64,000 nucleotides of DNA from Adineta vaga (GCA_021613535.1 CP075493.1:1798001-1862000); one strand, 5' to 3'. Counted from the first letter of the stretch, positions 14,501-29,100 are shown. The notes: a model not told the origin generated them from the letters alone. A program made the numbers and translations.

Positions 14501-16079
14501 ACATTATCAAGGAAAGACTAAATTCTTTTTTCATAAATGATTCTGTCAAGAAGAAGGTTAACATCAAGGATATTATAAACAACTTATTAAGATGAAATAC
14601 AGATGTTTGTATAATAATTCTTAGAAATAGTTGAATTTCATTTATTTAGTCCATTAGAATCGACATTTGCTCATTGGCAAATAGAACAAATTGTGAATTG
14701 GTTGTATGGTATTGGTCTTGGTCAATATACAAATGAATTTCGAAAATATTTTAAGAATGGTTTACAATTATTACATACTACACCACAAGAATTAGAGAAG
14801 GTAAAAAGAAAAGAAGAATTCATTGAAAACATATTCATCTATGTTGTTTTTTAATCATAGAAAATTGGTATGCGTAATCCCTTACATCGAAAAAAACTTC
14901 AATTATGTTTAAATGGTCTATGTACACGAGAAACAGAGCCGAATAGTCTTGATACATATTGGGTTCAAAGTAAATTTAGAATTGAGAAAGAAAATTCTTA
15001 CATTTTTTTGTAATTATTAAGAATGGCTTGATGATATTGGTTTACCACAGTATAAAGAATATTTTACTGACTCAAAAATTGATGGTCGAATGCTCAATAG
15101 TTTAACTCTGGTAGAAAAGAACAACGATTATATGTATTATAAACTATGATCGATTATTGTTTGTTCTTTTAGGAAGATATTATTTATTTAAATGTTACAA
15201 ATGAACTTCATCATTTAAGTATTAAACGTGCTATACAAGTTTTACGTTTAAATGATTTTAATTCAACATGTATGAAACGACGTCCAAATCTGACGGATAA
15301 AAATAATATTAATGAAATTATTCATTGGTCAAATCATCGTGTTATGGAATGGCTACGATCAATTGATTTAACGGAATATGCACCAAATTTACGTGGTTCT
15401 GGTGTTTGTGGTGCTTTAATTGTAAGAATTATTCAATGATGAACTAATATTAAAAATCATTGTTCTTGATATGTTTAGGTTCTTGAATTACGTTTCAATG
15501 TATCAACTCTAGCAGAAATTCTCTCAATTCCAATGTCTAAAACATTATTACGACGTCATTTAGCAATGCGTTTTCAAGAATTAATTGGTAATGAAATACA
15601 AAATCGTAAAAATCAATATGAAAAATCACCTAATTGTCAACCATTAACTTTACATACGAAAATAAAAGTAATAGAAATTTAATCAGTGTTTTTGTTTTTC
15701 ATAATCTACATTCGTAGTTTCCACGTGGATTATTTGCTCATCGACGAACACGTTCAGTTGATGCTGATGAACTCGTCTGTCCAATGGATGAAAATGGAAT
15801 TCCAAATGGAATCTCATCAAAATTGAAAGTATGTTCATCGAATAGCATTTTCTATTTGTTTCAATAAAAATTACATTTAAATTTAGCACACTCAAAGAAA
15901 AGAAACAGTTATGGTTAATACTTTAGTCGATGAAGTGGGTCTTGTTGTTTTTGTGTATAAATCTAAAGCATTTCGAAATCTTTCTGCATGATAAAAATTT
16001 ATTTTTTGAAAAGTTTTTATTTTAATTTTTCTTCTTTTAGTTTGCTGTTCATCATGACAGTCCAACAACGATTGTTTGA
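11574..16079 (+). CDS. PPFIBP: Liprin-beta (coiled coil plus three SAM domains), many exons; 5' end uncertain
   Basis: IERLKRRIETLVKSNDEK|EKKIGDLQ; SAM1 WQIEQIVNWLYGIGLGQY..NPLHRKKLQL; SAM2 WLDDIGLPQYKEYF..IDGRML; SAM3 WSNHRVMEWLRSIDLTEYAPNLRGSGV..KTLLRRHL. Stop at 16077-16079. Confidence 0.88.
12517..12540 (+). repeat. (AAT)8 microsatellite
   Basis: Perfect trinucleotide repeat, apparently intronic. Confidence 0.85.
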
Positions 16080-16333
16080 ATAGAAATAGTCAAATATGTT
16101 TGGTGTGAAAGAATTTTCGAAAAAGTTTCTTCTTACTACTTCATTGTATTTATATCATATAGAATCTTCTTTTGTTAAGTAATAAAAGCTAAATTTGTTT
16201 CTCTTTTTCTTTTCTAATCTATTCGATTCGTATGTTTAACTCATTAGCAAAGAGAACATTCTGAAACTAAATCGTATTATCATCATCATCAAATATGTAC
16301 GCGTAGTACAGCTGTCAAATCAAGTTTTATTAA

Positions 16334-17762
16334 TCAAAAGATATTCAATATGATCGGACGGAAAATAGCGATAGAAAATAGAACTACAAAAGATAGAGAA
16401 TAATCGTTAGCATTTGATTTTCCGTATAATTTAGTATCCCATTCTCGTCTTAAATTTTTCCGTGCAATTTGACATTCTCGTGCTCCCCATGAATCACCAC
16501 ACATAAGCATAATTAATTCATCTGGATCATCTTTACAATCAACTTCAAATTGTGCATTACGAATAAGATTCTCTAAAGTTAATAAACTTTTTTCTCCACA
16601 TTTTTCACTGAAATACGAAAATCAAACTCAATAGTTTCCAATTATAATTGTCTCTTTAACTTACGCAATTGGAAGATCAGGTGAATGTAAAACTAAAAGA
16701 TTCATTTTCGTTACACGATATGGTCCAGTATGTTGAAAATAGGGTAATTCAAATTCAGCAAAATATGAATTATTACGATAAGTTGGTCGACCATCCGTTC
16801 GACTTCCATTTAAAACAATATAAATTTCACCAGCAACTCTTTCAGCAAACTAAAAAAGAAATCAAAAACATATCAAATTAAATGTATTCATATTTCAAAC
16901 TACCGTTCTCGATGCAAGTCCCCAAAATGCTAAATCAGCCCATCGATTATCGCGACAATTATTCGGACAACTAACATAATCAAAACCTTCTGTATCATTC
17001 TCCTTGCCACACCACATTAAACCATCGAGCATATTTGCTGCCAATGTATCTTCTAATGTTATATAATTATAACCATGTCCACTATAAGTATGAGCAATTG
17101 CATAAGTACCACTCCAGAACATAGCCTTTCGAGAAAAGAAAAATAAATTATTATTTATCTTGAATGATCAATAAAGTTCTTACTCGATTGATGACATGTA
17201 CACCAGCAAGTGCTTTTTGAAAATATCTATCGTATGTACTCATATTCATATTACAATATGGTTTATAACGAACTTCTGATTCGAATAGATCATAAAGTTC
17301 GGTACAATTTTTAATTTCACTAAATATATACAAATATCTGTTAATAAAAATATTTATCAGTTTTGTTTTGTTTATTTACGTAGTATTTGATAGATAAAGA
17401 CCACGTTTTATGTATTGATATTCATAGCAACGACCTAACATGATTTCTTTAAGACCACATGTTGTTCCATTTGTTTTCGTAAATGTCCCATTACATGGAT
17501 AACCGGTATTTGCTTTATTAATTCTTGCTATTTTATTGTCATTTTCTGATGAATCAGGAAGTGGACGATCAACTCGATATCTTCCAGTTAAATTTGGAGG
17601 TTTAAGTTGAATATCATGTGATTGTTGATTTGTAATAGATATAGTTAACACCAGAAGCAACACCACTGAAATATATATATATGTATATATTAAAAATAAC
17701 ATCAAGGCATACGTTTTATTTTCAAGATACATACGGTGAATTTGACGTGAGAACATTTGCAT
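16334..17762 (-). CDS. ADP-ribosyl cyclase / NAD glycohydrolase (CD38/BST1 family), multi-exon
   Basis: IMLGRCYEY, MFWSG, the TLEDTL signature, LMWCG, FWGLAS, the catalytic-Glu region SYFAEFELP and EKCGEKSL, plus a hydrophobic C-terminal tail. Confidence 0.9.
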
Positions 17763-19165
17763 TTGATGTCTTTACTCTAAATAACGAAAAAGCATATATT
17801 TGCTTATTTCCATTCGAATGAAAATCTTAACCGATCATTTAATACCAATAATCTCTTATTTGCCTAACTTTTCGAATAATAATGCAGTTTATCCCTTCAA
17901 ACTTTTGAAAGGTATTTAGTCAAATAACGGATATAAGACATAGAAGAAAATAATCTACAGCTGTTTATAGTAGACTAGTCTTTTTGTCGAGAATTTTGCA
18001 ATTAGTTCTGCAAAGAGTATTGATAGAAATGTACAATTATTATCGTGAGCATGGGTAATATAAACAGAATGCGATAGTTGTTATGGATTAAGGAGAGAAA
18101 AAGAAATCAGCAGTAAATGGTTAAGCTGGTTGGTTGCTGGAGATCTCAAGTATCGATAGGAATGCTTTCTTTCTAAGTTAGAGAGAAAAAAAGAAGAAGA
18201 GGATAACGCAATGAAAGACAAAAATGGGATTAGTTCGATTATGAAAAAAAAAGGAAATCAAATTGAGAGAAAATGTATTCATTGTACTCAGCAATCGATT
18301 GAATATTAGAATTAATATTTCGAGAACTTGATCATATCGAACTCAATAACTGGAGAAAATAGAAGAAGAAAAAAAAACGTAGTTTTCTTTTACATATATC
18401 GACAAAGGAGAGAATTCCAGAAAACAAACGATTGTATATTTATAACGCTACTTAAACTATCGAATGTCCAGAGATAGTTTTGATGAAATAACTGATAACA
18501 ATTTAGTCACCCGTCCTTTTATTTACTTCTTACTTGCTTATCAGAACACACTCACATTCTTCTCATTTGACGAGTAAGAATGATGAAAAATCAGTCGTTA
18601 ACTTGTTTTTGATTTATGATATTTGAGAAGTTGCTTGATTTTAATTCAATACTGACGTATAATCTCTCATGTAAGTCGATTGAAATTGAATACTTCGATA
18701 AATCTTTACCAATTCAGATTAGATTCGAATCTTATTCATCGACTCAACTGAATGTAAACGAAAATATGACTAATTTCTTCATCATAATTATACTTCTTAT
18801 GAAAGGTCATACGAAATTTGGATTGAAGATGATTTTTCGAATTGGAATTTTATAGAACGAAAAAAAACAAACATTTTGACGCTATATAATTTAATTGATG
18901 AAGTACAAAAGCAATTCGTTGTGAAAATTCTACAATAATCTTTAAAAGTAGATTCATTACAAAACTCGCTATTTTCAATCAATAATATATCAAACTCTAC
19001 TCCATTTTCTCCTTATGATTTATACGACTGATCGATTTCTTCCATCTTTTATAACCGTAATCTTTATAACATGTATACAAGTAATTGTATTGAATCGATA
19101 AATAATTGTAAACTACATCTATTTCTCTTTTCTTTCAATCTATACATCAGAAATAGCGATTAGTA

Positions 19166-20128
19166 ATGTCTGCTACTGTCATATCCATTGATTTTCTCTG
19201 TCTGATTTTTATATTCTCTGGTTATCAGATACAATCTGCAGAAGTTCCGTACGATACTGTCGTCTGTTTTGGTGATTCTCATTCTGATACTGGTAATGTT
19301 TATAATTTATCAGAATTCAAATGGCCTCCTGTTCCACCTTACTATCAAGGAAGATTCTCCAATGGACCGATATGGATCGAAAAATTAGGCATATCAACTT
19401 TGATTAATTATGCATATGGTGGTGCAACAACTGATAATACGTTAGTAACAGGTGTGACAATGACAAGTAATATCGTTCCTGGTGTTCGTCAACAGATATC
19501 AACATATAAAAATCTAACTGATTTAACTAAAATTAATTTTAATCGAACACTTTATGTCATTTGGGCTGGTTCTAATGATTATTTTTTCAATATAAATTTA
19601 TCTCCATATATCGTTGTTAATAGTCTTACGAATAGTATTGATGATTTAATACAAATCGGTGCGAAACATTTTCTTATTTTTAATGAACCACCCTTTGAAG
19701 TTTATCCGTATGTTATGATGTTAAATATGAGTATCTATATGAAGGCATTAACATTAGCACATAATAATAACCTTTCAAATATCATTCAATCAACATATCG
19801 AAATATTACTTGTCATTTCTACGATACACATTCTCTTATTACAAATATTCTTAATAATCCTTTGAAATATGGAATAAATTCGACGAAAAATTGTTGTTGG
19901 AATACATTATCTGGTATTGTTAATATTTCATGTACAACTACAGATACGTATTTATTTATTGATGAATATCATTTCACTACTCGTATACATCAATTTATTG
20001 CTGATAATGTTCGACAATTATTTTCCACATCAAATAAAACTACGAAACATTTTCATTCAATATCGATTCTTTTATGGTATATCTGTAGTTCGATTGTTTG
20101 TCTTTGGAAAAAGTATTGTTGTATGTAG
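19166..20128 (+). CDS. Intronless secreted GDSL/SGNH lipase/esterase, HGT candidate
   Basis: Signal peptide; block I FGDSHSDTGN; GRFSNGPIW; block II NYAYGGA; block III IWAGSNDY; block V FIDEYHFT. Confidence 0.9.
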   Translation: MSATVISIDFLCLIFIFSGYQIQSAEVPYDTVVCFGDSHSDTGNVYNLSEFKWPPVPPYYQGRFSNGPIWIEKLGISTLINYAYGGATTDNTLVTGVTMTSNIVPGVRQQISTYKNLTDLTKINFNRTLYVIWAGSNDYFFNINLSPYIVVNSLTNSIDDLIQIGAKHFLIFNEPPFEVYPYVMMLNMSIYMKALTLAHNNNLSNIIQSTYRNITCHFYDTHSLITNILNNPLKYGINSTKNCCWNTLSGIVNISCTTTDTYLFIDEYHFTTRIHQFIADNVRQLFSTSNKTTKHFHSISILLWYICSSIVCLWKKYCCM

Positions 20129-20271
20129 ATCCGAAGTAGTGTGAAGAAAAATATATGAATACAAAGAATTTATTTATTCAATTAAACATAATGTCAATAT
20201 TTTATACATCGTTCGTTCTTGGTTATTTTATTCTAATCAGATCTCCAAACAAAAAAAAGAGAAAATTAATA

Positions 20272-22408
20272 TTAATCTGACTCTTCCTCCTCTTCTTCTT
20301 CCTCTTGTTCTGCTTCTGCTTCTGCTTCTTCTTCTTCTTCTTCAGCATCAGATTGGACACGCTTTCGTTTTGTTTGTTGTTCTCGATCTGATTCTTCTTC
20401 GTCTGAAGAACTAATTTTTCGATGTTTTGTTGAAGTTGAAGAACGTTGACCTATCGGTTTTTCCTTTGGAGTATCATCTTCTTCTTCCTCTTCACTTGTA
20501 TCCTCATTTCGATATCCTCCTAAATTCATTTCTATGAAAACTTTTCAATTAAAATGAAAATTATTACCTTGTAGTTTTTTCTTTTTAACATTTTTCTTAA
20601 TTGCACTAATCGATTCTTGTTCTAATTCTTCATCATCTTCATCTCGATCTTCCATATAACTTGCTGACATATTTCTATCTCGATGTGCTGCACGTTCACG
20701 TTGTCGTATCTGTTGATTTCGTCGACGTTCTTCTGCTCTGGCACGTTGTTCTTCTTTCTACAAAGCATATGTAGAAAAATGAAGCAAATTTATATCAATT
20801 TACCTTTATCATATCAGCACTATTTAATAGTGGTGCTTTAATATTTGAAAGAACTCGAACTTTAGGTACTGGATTTGCTTTACTAGCAAATTTAAGTTTT
20901 AAATGCGCTAATGAATCATGAGCATGCTGTCTAAAATAGAGAAGGATTATATTACAATTGTAAATCATGTTTTTTTTCTTTTTTTAAATTTCTTACCGAA
21001 AGGAAAGTTTTGTACGAAAAACAGCTTGTGCTTGCATACTTTTTTGATGTCGAACAAACAAATGATTATGATCACTTTGAATATTTGATTTTGAAACATC
21101 GAAAATTTCTTTTCCAACATGTAAAGATAAACTAAATGAAAAATTTCTTTTGACTAAAAACATCTTTCGATTTTAAATAATAAAAAAATACCTTCCATCT
21201 GACCAACGAACTAATCTTGTATTACTTTCACGAACAGTTTCACCAAGTTCATTTGTATTATAACGCCAACGAATTGTATTTTCCAACTAAAGAATTTCAC
21301 GATTGATATTTTGTGAATGAAAATAACGTTAGTTACTTGTAATTTTAATATAGCTTTACTATCTTCATCATCATCATCACGAATTTCTTCATTGAGATAT
21401 TGAGGTTCATATGGTCTATAAATTGTATTCGTATAAAATCACATATGATTAGAAAGAAAAGAAACGTTTACTTTGGTTCAATTTTCATAAAAGTTGGTAA
21501 TTTAACAAGATGAATATCACGACCAAGATCACAGGTAACATGAGGTGTATCAACTTCAATTTGTTCTTCTTCTTCTTCTTGATCTTCAAGTAATTCATCT
21601 TCATTAATCTCCTATTCAAAGATCAGTTTTTCTCATTACAAACATTTTCACTTCATCAAGTAATAACATACTTGACTGCCATTTAAATCCGAATCATTCG
21701 CTCTTTTTCTTCGTAAACCATCTTCATCTTCACTTAAATCACTTAGTTCTCCACCAAACACATCTTCTTGTGTGAGATTCTGAGCTAAAAATGATTTTCA
21801 ATATAATACGAAGTATATTTGTCAACACGATCTTTTACCGGCTTCAACGGAATCTTCATCTAATGGATTAGTTGGATCAACAGCATCTAAATATTAAACA
21901 AAAACAAAGTCATTTGATTATTGTTTGATCGAGATATTTTCTCAAAACAAAGAATTACTACTAGTCGCTGCTCGAATCTGTAATCTCACGATTAACTTAT
22001 AAATAAACCATCGTGTGGAATAGTTAAGTTTTCTTATTATCTAATTTTCTGAATTGAAGACATCTATTTGATTTCTCCGACTTGTATGCATACCTCTTGA
22101 TTCTTCTTGCTCTTCTTCTTGTTGGTCTTCCTCTTGTTGTTCCTCCTCCTCCTGCTCTTCTTCTTCTTCTTCTTCTTCTTGACCGTTAGCATCATTTTCC
22201 TCCGTTTCTTCTTCTTCTTGCTCTTGTTCTACTTCTGATTCTACTTCATTATCATCAATCTCATGTTGTTGTTCTTCTTCTTCTGCTTCATCAACTTCTT
22301 CTTCTTCTTCTTCTTCATCTAAATAAAAATCAAACTATTAAATTAATAAATATTACTTATCTTATACTTACGTTCTTCTGATTCGACATGTTCATCGTTA
22401 CTATTCAT
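20272..22408 (-). CDS. LEO1: RNA polymerase-associated protein LEO1 (PAF1 complex), multi-exon
   Basis: Acidic N- and C-termini, with core [18 protein letters not shown] and [22 protein letters not shown]|[13 protein letters not shown]. Confidence 0.9.
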
Positions 22409-22631
22409 TCTTCTGAAATAAACAGATATATTATATGTATGCGTTGTAAATAAATCGATATTTATTCTTTTTAACATCTGCAGATGTAGAAAATAAATAC
22501 TGACAAAGAATTTGTTCAATTGCACAAAGAAAACAAAACAAAACACATTTCACTGTGATTGTTAAGAAAAAAAAATTTTTTGTTTGAAAAAAGAAAAACG
22601 TAAAGGAATGTTCGCGTTTTCTTTCGTTCGT

Positions 22632-23483
22632 TTATAAAAGAACACAACAACATGAATCTTTGGTTGTCGTTGTTGCATTCATTGGATGTCTATTGGCTTC
22701 ATTTTCGATATCTTTAGTTGTTTTTTTCAATGGTCGAACAATTCTCATTAATTCACAAAAAACTTTATCGACATTTAATTTAGTTTTTGCTGATGTTTCA
22801 ATATATTTTATTGACCAATCGTTTGCTTTCTTTTCAGCATCATCTGGTGATACTTTACGTTTATCAGAAAGATCGATTTTATTTCCAACTAATATAGCAG
22901 GGATACTTGTTCCACCACCTTTAACACGTAAAATTTGCTCACTAAAACAAAAGAAAACAAAACAATAATTCCTTTTTTTATTCTCAAATCTTTCTCTATC
23001 AATTTTATACTAAAGTTCAGTTAAATCAGTAAATGATTCATTATCAGTGACATCGAAGACTAGAAGAAATCCTTCACCAGTTCGAATATACGTATCACGA
23101 ATAGCTGAAAGAGAAAAACATATTCATCGAAAAAGTTTAGACATCATTTTTAACAACAAACCAGCATAGTTTTCTTGACCAGCTGTATCTAAAATATCGA
23201 TTTGAACTTCTTCACCATCAAGCATTACTGTCTTTCGATATGAATCAGCCTTTGTTGGTTCATAATCAACAACAAACTAAATAATTCAAAATTTTCCTTA
23301 TGAATTTTAAAATTGTGTTTCAATTTACTTCATCATACATATATTGAAGTGTTAATGCTGATTTACCAACACCACCACTTCCTACCTGAAAAGAAAAGAA
23401 AATGAAATTACTTTCTAGATGCTTTTTTTCTTTATTACCATAATTAGTCGATAAATGGCTGATGTTTTATTTGCTGTCGCCAT
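22632..23483 (-). CDS. RAL: Ras-like GTPase Ral, multi-exon
   Basis: [35 protein letters not shown] (Ral effector loop), DTAGQE, NKID, ETSAK, and a C-terminal CAAX box CVLL. Confidence 0.92.
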
Positions 23484-24025
23484 TGTTTTGTATTATTTTA
23501 AAATATAAAACAGGTTATCTATAAATTCGCGACGCGGTCAATGATAAACAATCTACTCTACTCGTATTATCATTGAAGAAGAAAAATATGCTGCACAGAC
23601 AGACAAGGAGAGAACGTTTTCATTGGACTATTCATTAGACAATATGATAAGTTTAATAGATGGAGTTAGTTTACTAGAAGATTGATTTGAGCTATATCAA
23701 CTTGTTTTATGATCATTACGTATGTCTTTATTGAGGGCTTTATCGAAAATATTTGATCTTAGCTTTAATGAATGTTCGCTTCTTTGTGTCGAGAGATTTT
23801 GTAGATAATCAAATATGTTGTTTTAGTACATTTATTTGACGTCTTTATATAAGTGTGAGTGAGTAAAACTCAGAGTGAATGCTGTAGTTGAATCCTTTTC
23901 TTTTACTTTATCCATATAAAAGAACGAACGAAGAAAAATTATACAGAACAACAAAGAGAAACGAAAAAAAGCCTGCATGATAATAAGATTGGCACAAGTC
24001 ACTATCGCTCTATGTTATACATCAA

Positions 24026-26168
24026 ATGGCAATGTCTAAAACTTGTCTCAATCTTTTAATAATTCATTTCATTGTATTTCTTCTCATTCAGTCTACAACA
24101 CAAGATCAACAAACATGGCCATGGATAAAAACCAATTATTTAACACGATCAAATTGGTCATCTTTATTAATTCCGAATACTAATAATGAACAACATTCAG
24201 TATGGTTTATATTTCATTATTTGAATTATTGCGGATATTGTAAAAAGGCTGAACCTGGATGGGAAGCTGTTGCTCAATATGCACTTAGTAACGACTCTTT
24301 CAGATAAGAAAATCTTTCTTTTTTATTTTATACAAAACTTTAGATTGGACAAAATATATTCAAATTGGTGCATATGATTGTAACAGTGAATCGACGTCAG
24401 CTGGAGATATTTGCCAAGATGAAAAATATCCAAAATGGCGTATCTATTGTCCATTAACAAATAAAACACAATTAGGATTTGATTCTGAACAACGAACAAA
24501 TCAAACAACACCGGAAGATATTTTGAACTGGTTAGTGACTAAATTAAATCAGATTGCTGAACAATGTTATGGAAATTCATGGCCAATTGAGAATGCAATC
24601 GAGTAAATAAGAGAGAGAGAGAATTAAATGATTGTTTTTAAACATTATGTTTTAGACCAAATACAAAAGATGATTTGAATAACATTATTCCGAAAAATAT
24701 CACTAAATTTAAATTATTCGTTTCTGATGATATTCTTCTTTATACACTTGTAAAGTTGAATTACTTTATTTATTCATTACATTGATAAGTTGTCTTTTCT
24801 CAGTATGTTTTAAACAATTCTAATACAATTCAAACAGAACCAATCTATCGTTTGGCTATGAACAATAAACTTATTGAAAACAGTGGAATTTTAAAAGGAA
24901 CACGAGATACAAATGGACAAATATTTCTTCAAACGTTAGTCAAATATCTAAGATTATTTTCTGAGTTTATATAAAAATCTTATTTAGACGAGATTCAAAC
25001 GAAGCAATAAAACCTTTTGTACTCGACAAAAACATTGTCTCTAATCTTGAGACCACAAATGGGTAAATAATTAACATATTAAGTTGATAAATTTCATCAT
25101 CAGATATATTCTTTTTAAAAGAACGAGTACAGCTGCAAAGAGACCAACATTATCTGATATAGATAGTGCAACTGTTTGGATTATCAATCGAGATCTTCGT
25201 CGTGGTTTACCCAGTTCAACAGAAAACGTCAAAGCTTGGATAAATACTCTATATAATGTAAGTAGATTGTTTATTTTCAAGAAAAGCAAAAGTCATTTTA
25301 ATCGATTGAAATCTCATAGTTTTATCCCGGAAGTACAACAATGAAAGATTTTCTCTATGATTTAAATGAATTTCTCAAAAATCAAACGGAATTATCGTCC
25401 AAAGACTTTCAAAATTATGTCAATTCAACATCGGTAAATCATTTCAAATGATCTAAATTTTCTATTCTTCTATGATTTCTAGACTATTAAATTACCTTCA
25501 TTAAAATTCGATCATTGTTATGCATCGGATTCAAGTAGACGTGGTTATCCATGTACTTTATGGATCTTATTTCATAGTATGACTGTTAAACAAGCTAGAC
25601 TCGCTGAACAAAATGCATGTAAGTCAATAAAAACTTTCGATTCATTTATATTCGTTGTTGTTATTCTTATGTATTGTTCAGTATCATCCAATGTGAAACC
25701 ATTCGATGTTATTGTTTCAATTCGAGAATTTATTAATCATTATTTCTTATGTGAAGAATGTGTAACACATTTTGTGAATATGACATCAAATGTTGAAAAT
25801 GAAATTAATTCATATGATGAAAGTGTTTTATATCTTTGGCGATGTAAATAAAATCATTTTTTGTATTTATTAGATTTCAATAGATTGGTTTCTTTTATTT
25901 AGGTCATAATAGTGTAAATAAACGACTTCGATATGAGAATTATACAAATGATCCTGATTGGCCAAAAGTACCGTTTCCTACTAAACAACAATGTAATCAA
26001 TGTGTTCAACAAACGGATGAAAATGGTGATGTAATCGAATATAATTCTAAGGAAACATATCAATTTTTAAAAGAATTCTATTATTTAAATCATTCGAAAG
26101 GAATTGACAAATCTAATCGAATGTTATTATTCTTAATAATTCTTATTAACATATTAATTTTCAAATAA
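24026..26168 (+). CDS. QSOX: Quiescin sulfhydryl oxidase, multi-exon
   Basis: Signal peptide; thioredoxin CGYC; RGYPCTLWILFHSMTV; Erv domain FLCEECVTHF; HNSVNKRL; DPDWPKVPFP..CNQC; hydrophobic C-terminus. Confidence 0.9.
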
Positions 26169-29100
26169 ATCAACATTTTCTTCACTATATCTATAACAGA
26201 CATTTGCGAGACGATATTCTTCAGATCAAAGTATTTTTGATTTTTGACAAAGAACACTTGTTGAAAAGTATAGATCGCATTTCTTCTCTTAATTACCTAA
26301 AAGAACAGATCAAATCAAATTGTATGAAATTTCATACTTACGTCTATTTTACAAAAGAAAAAGAACTTTCATATCTAAGAAGTCATATCAATACTTTATA
26401 TTATGTGTTTTGATGAAACGTAATACATTCTAAGAGATTAATAACTAATATTTAAAAACAAATACATAGATTCTATTTCTTTTTGACGGTGTGGATATAG
26501 AAGAAGAAAAAAACATTAGTCCGATTATTCGCTTGCATGATAATCTAAATATATGATGTTGTTTTCATTTTGTTAAAAGCTTGAAAATTGTGAAATATAC
26601 GTGAGAAAAAATGGTTTCAATACACTGACTTTTATACTTATTTGTTTCTATAGAAGATAAGAATATTAATAAACTATTTTTGATAGAATTCATTGTTCAT
26701 TAGAATTGAAAGATATCTGATTCAGGTTGTTCCTTTCGAGACAAGTGATTTTTCGTGTTTAATTCTTCTTTTTTTCTAATATGCAATTCATCATGTATGG
26801 TTTATAATCTATGTCTACATAGATTCTTTTTTCAATGATCTTGAAAAAGATAAATATTATGTAAGAAAATTCGAACAAAGTCTAACAATTATCTTTGAGT
26901 GTCTACAAGAGAATTGCATTAGTTAAAATGCATGGAGTGTATGATAGGATCGTTTAATGATTTGAATCTTGTGAATAGAATGTAAATGTGAAAGAAAGCA
27001 AACGTTTAATTGTAAATGTATGTTGTTTAATTATCAAATCATTAAATATTATTACTAATGAACAAATTAGATTAACTTTTACTAATCCTTAGAGTATTGA
27101 ACTGTTTTTATTATATGTAATAAATGTAAATGTAGGTGAATAATTTCTATAACACGTTTATAAATCTTCTTTGTAATGAATTTCATCCCTAGATCTATTC
27201 TATTATTTAAATAACTTGTGACTTTGTCTATTTCTTAACAAAATATTCATTGTGTAATGTATATGATTAAAATATACTTGTTTTTCTTCTCATTATCATA
27301 GGTTCGATTGATTGATGTAACGTAACATCAACCATCAGTGTGACACATCATATCCGCGTATTCTTTTTCAAACAAACATTGAAACTCGAGATAGATAAGA
27401 ATCATTTCTTAAGATCCTGCATTTTCCATTACACATTGTGTTTTTTTCATATCAAATTCTATCCAACAATAACGATTTTGCTTTCCATAAAATTATTCTC
27501 ATTGACATATTGACATTCGGTTAGAGTTGAATTTGTAGTCAGATGAGAAGAGTACAACATCATATGAGAATTAACAATATACTAAAATAAAAGCTTGAAT
27601 ACATGTCAATGTAACCTTACATATTGTTAGACATGTAACTAAGCTTATTAGTTTGAAAATAAGATAGATCATATTTAAAGAAAAGAAGAAAAACACATTC
27701 TTAGCATGTTATTAACTGTTAAGATTAATCTATTCTTTTCATAAATGTATTCAAACACGAAATACTATTTATTAGATTGGAAATCTTCTTCATAAAAACA
27801 TATTTATAACATTTTCTATATCCTATTAATAGTTAAGGTATCTATTGAATCGCAAATAAAATATTATGGCAGCAAATAAGAATGTTTCTTTTGACCTTCG
27901 ACATCATTCTACAATACATTGGAGACATCAATCAAAATATAGACTATAACATATCAGAAAGGTGTCAAGACAATTTATAAGGGTATGTTATACTGAGATT
28001 TATCGAAGGTTATATTAACTTGTAGACAATATGTATTAGACAAAATCAAAAAGAAGAAACGATTAATAATGACATTGTCTACTTACTTGAATAGAACTCA
28101 AGCTGACATTCAAGTCTGTCTATTTCGTCGCTTCATTTTTTTCTTTTTATGATGAAACATCTTCTGTCACCTTCAGTTGTTCATTAGTTTCAGAAGAGTT
28201 GAATGATATGTTCAGATTAATTTCACTTTATCATCGATGATGAAGAAGTAAGATAATCAAATAATAGATCAAAATAAAACTCATGATTTCAAACTAGTGG
28301 ACTACTTTTTTCATTCGATACAATGAAGATCTTTATCTCGAACATTTTCTCATCGTCGTTAAGTTAATCTTGAAGATCTAATTGAAATTGTCAAATGACG
28401 TACACATATACAGATGACAATGAACTACTGTAATGTATGCCATTCTTTATTCTTTATGATTAAAGCTATTAGTGGTTTATTCTATATAATTGCACACGCA
28501 ATGAGAAAAAGAAAAGGAAAGGAAGCTCTCTTTTTTTTTCCCATATAAGCTTGTCTGTCATTTCTTAGTTTATAACAATGAACAGTAACATAAACGTCAC
28601 CGCTGTTTGCTTTCTAAACTATAAAGACAAGGTAGTGTCAGAATATCAGTATATGATCTAATAAAAAAAAACGGACGAATGTCATTGTACAGGTCAACCT
28701 TGATGCAAGGTTATCAGTGGCATTCGTTCTATTTTAATATATCATCAACTCTTCTTCAACGTAGAAACTGTCAGTAAAGTAAAAAGCAATCTAACGAAGA
28801 ATAATGATAGTGACAAGCCAGACACAATATCTTCATTGTCTTCATAAAGACGAATCCATCATTGTCTTGTCAATTATACTAAGATAGTTTCATTGATCAT
28901 CCATCAGGTATGTTTAAAATAAATCTTTACAAAGATTGCGTGTATCACAATTTCGTAGTAGTTGAAAATAGAATACATGATTATATTTGACAAGATCATT
29001 TTTGTCATATCTGCCTTAAGCAAGTTCACAAGCATAAACCGTATGTATCCACTCTACTACACTTCTCTTCTCCTTCTTCATCTTAATAAAAAACAACAAC

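Noticed and set aside
22100-22320. (CTT)n/(CCT)n array as an independent repeat element
   Set aside because: It encodes the poly-Glu N-terminus of LEO1.
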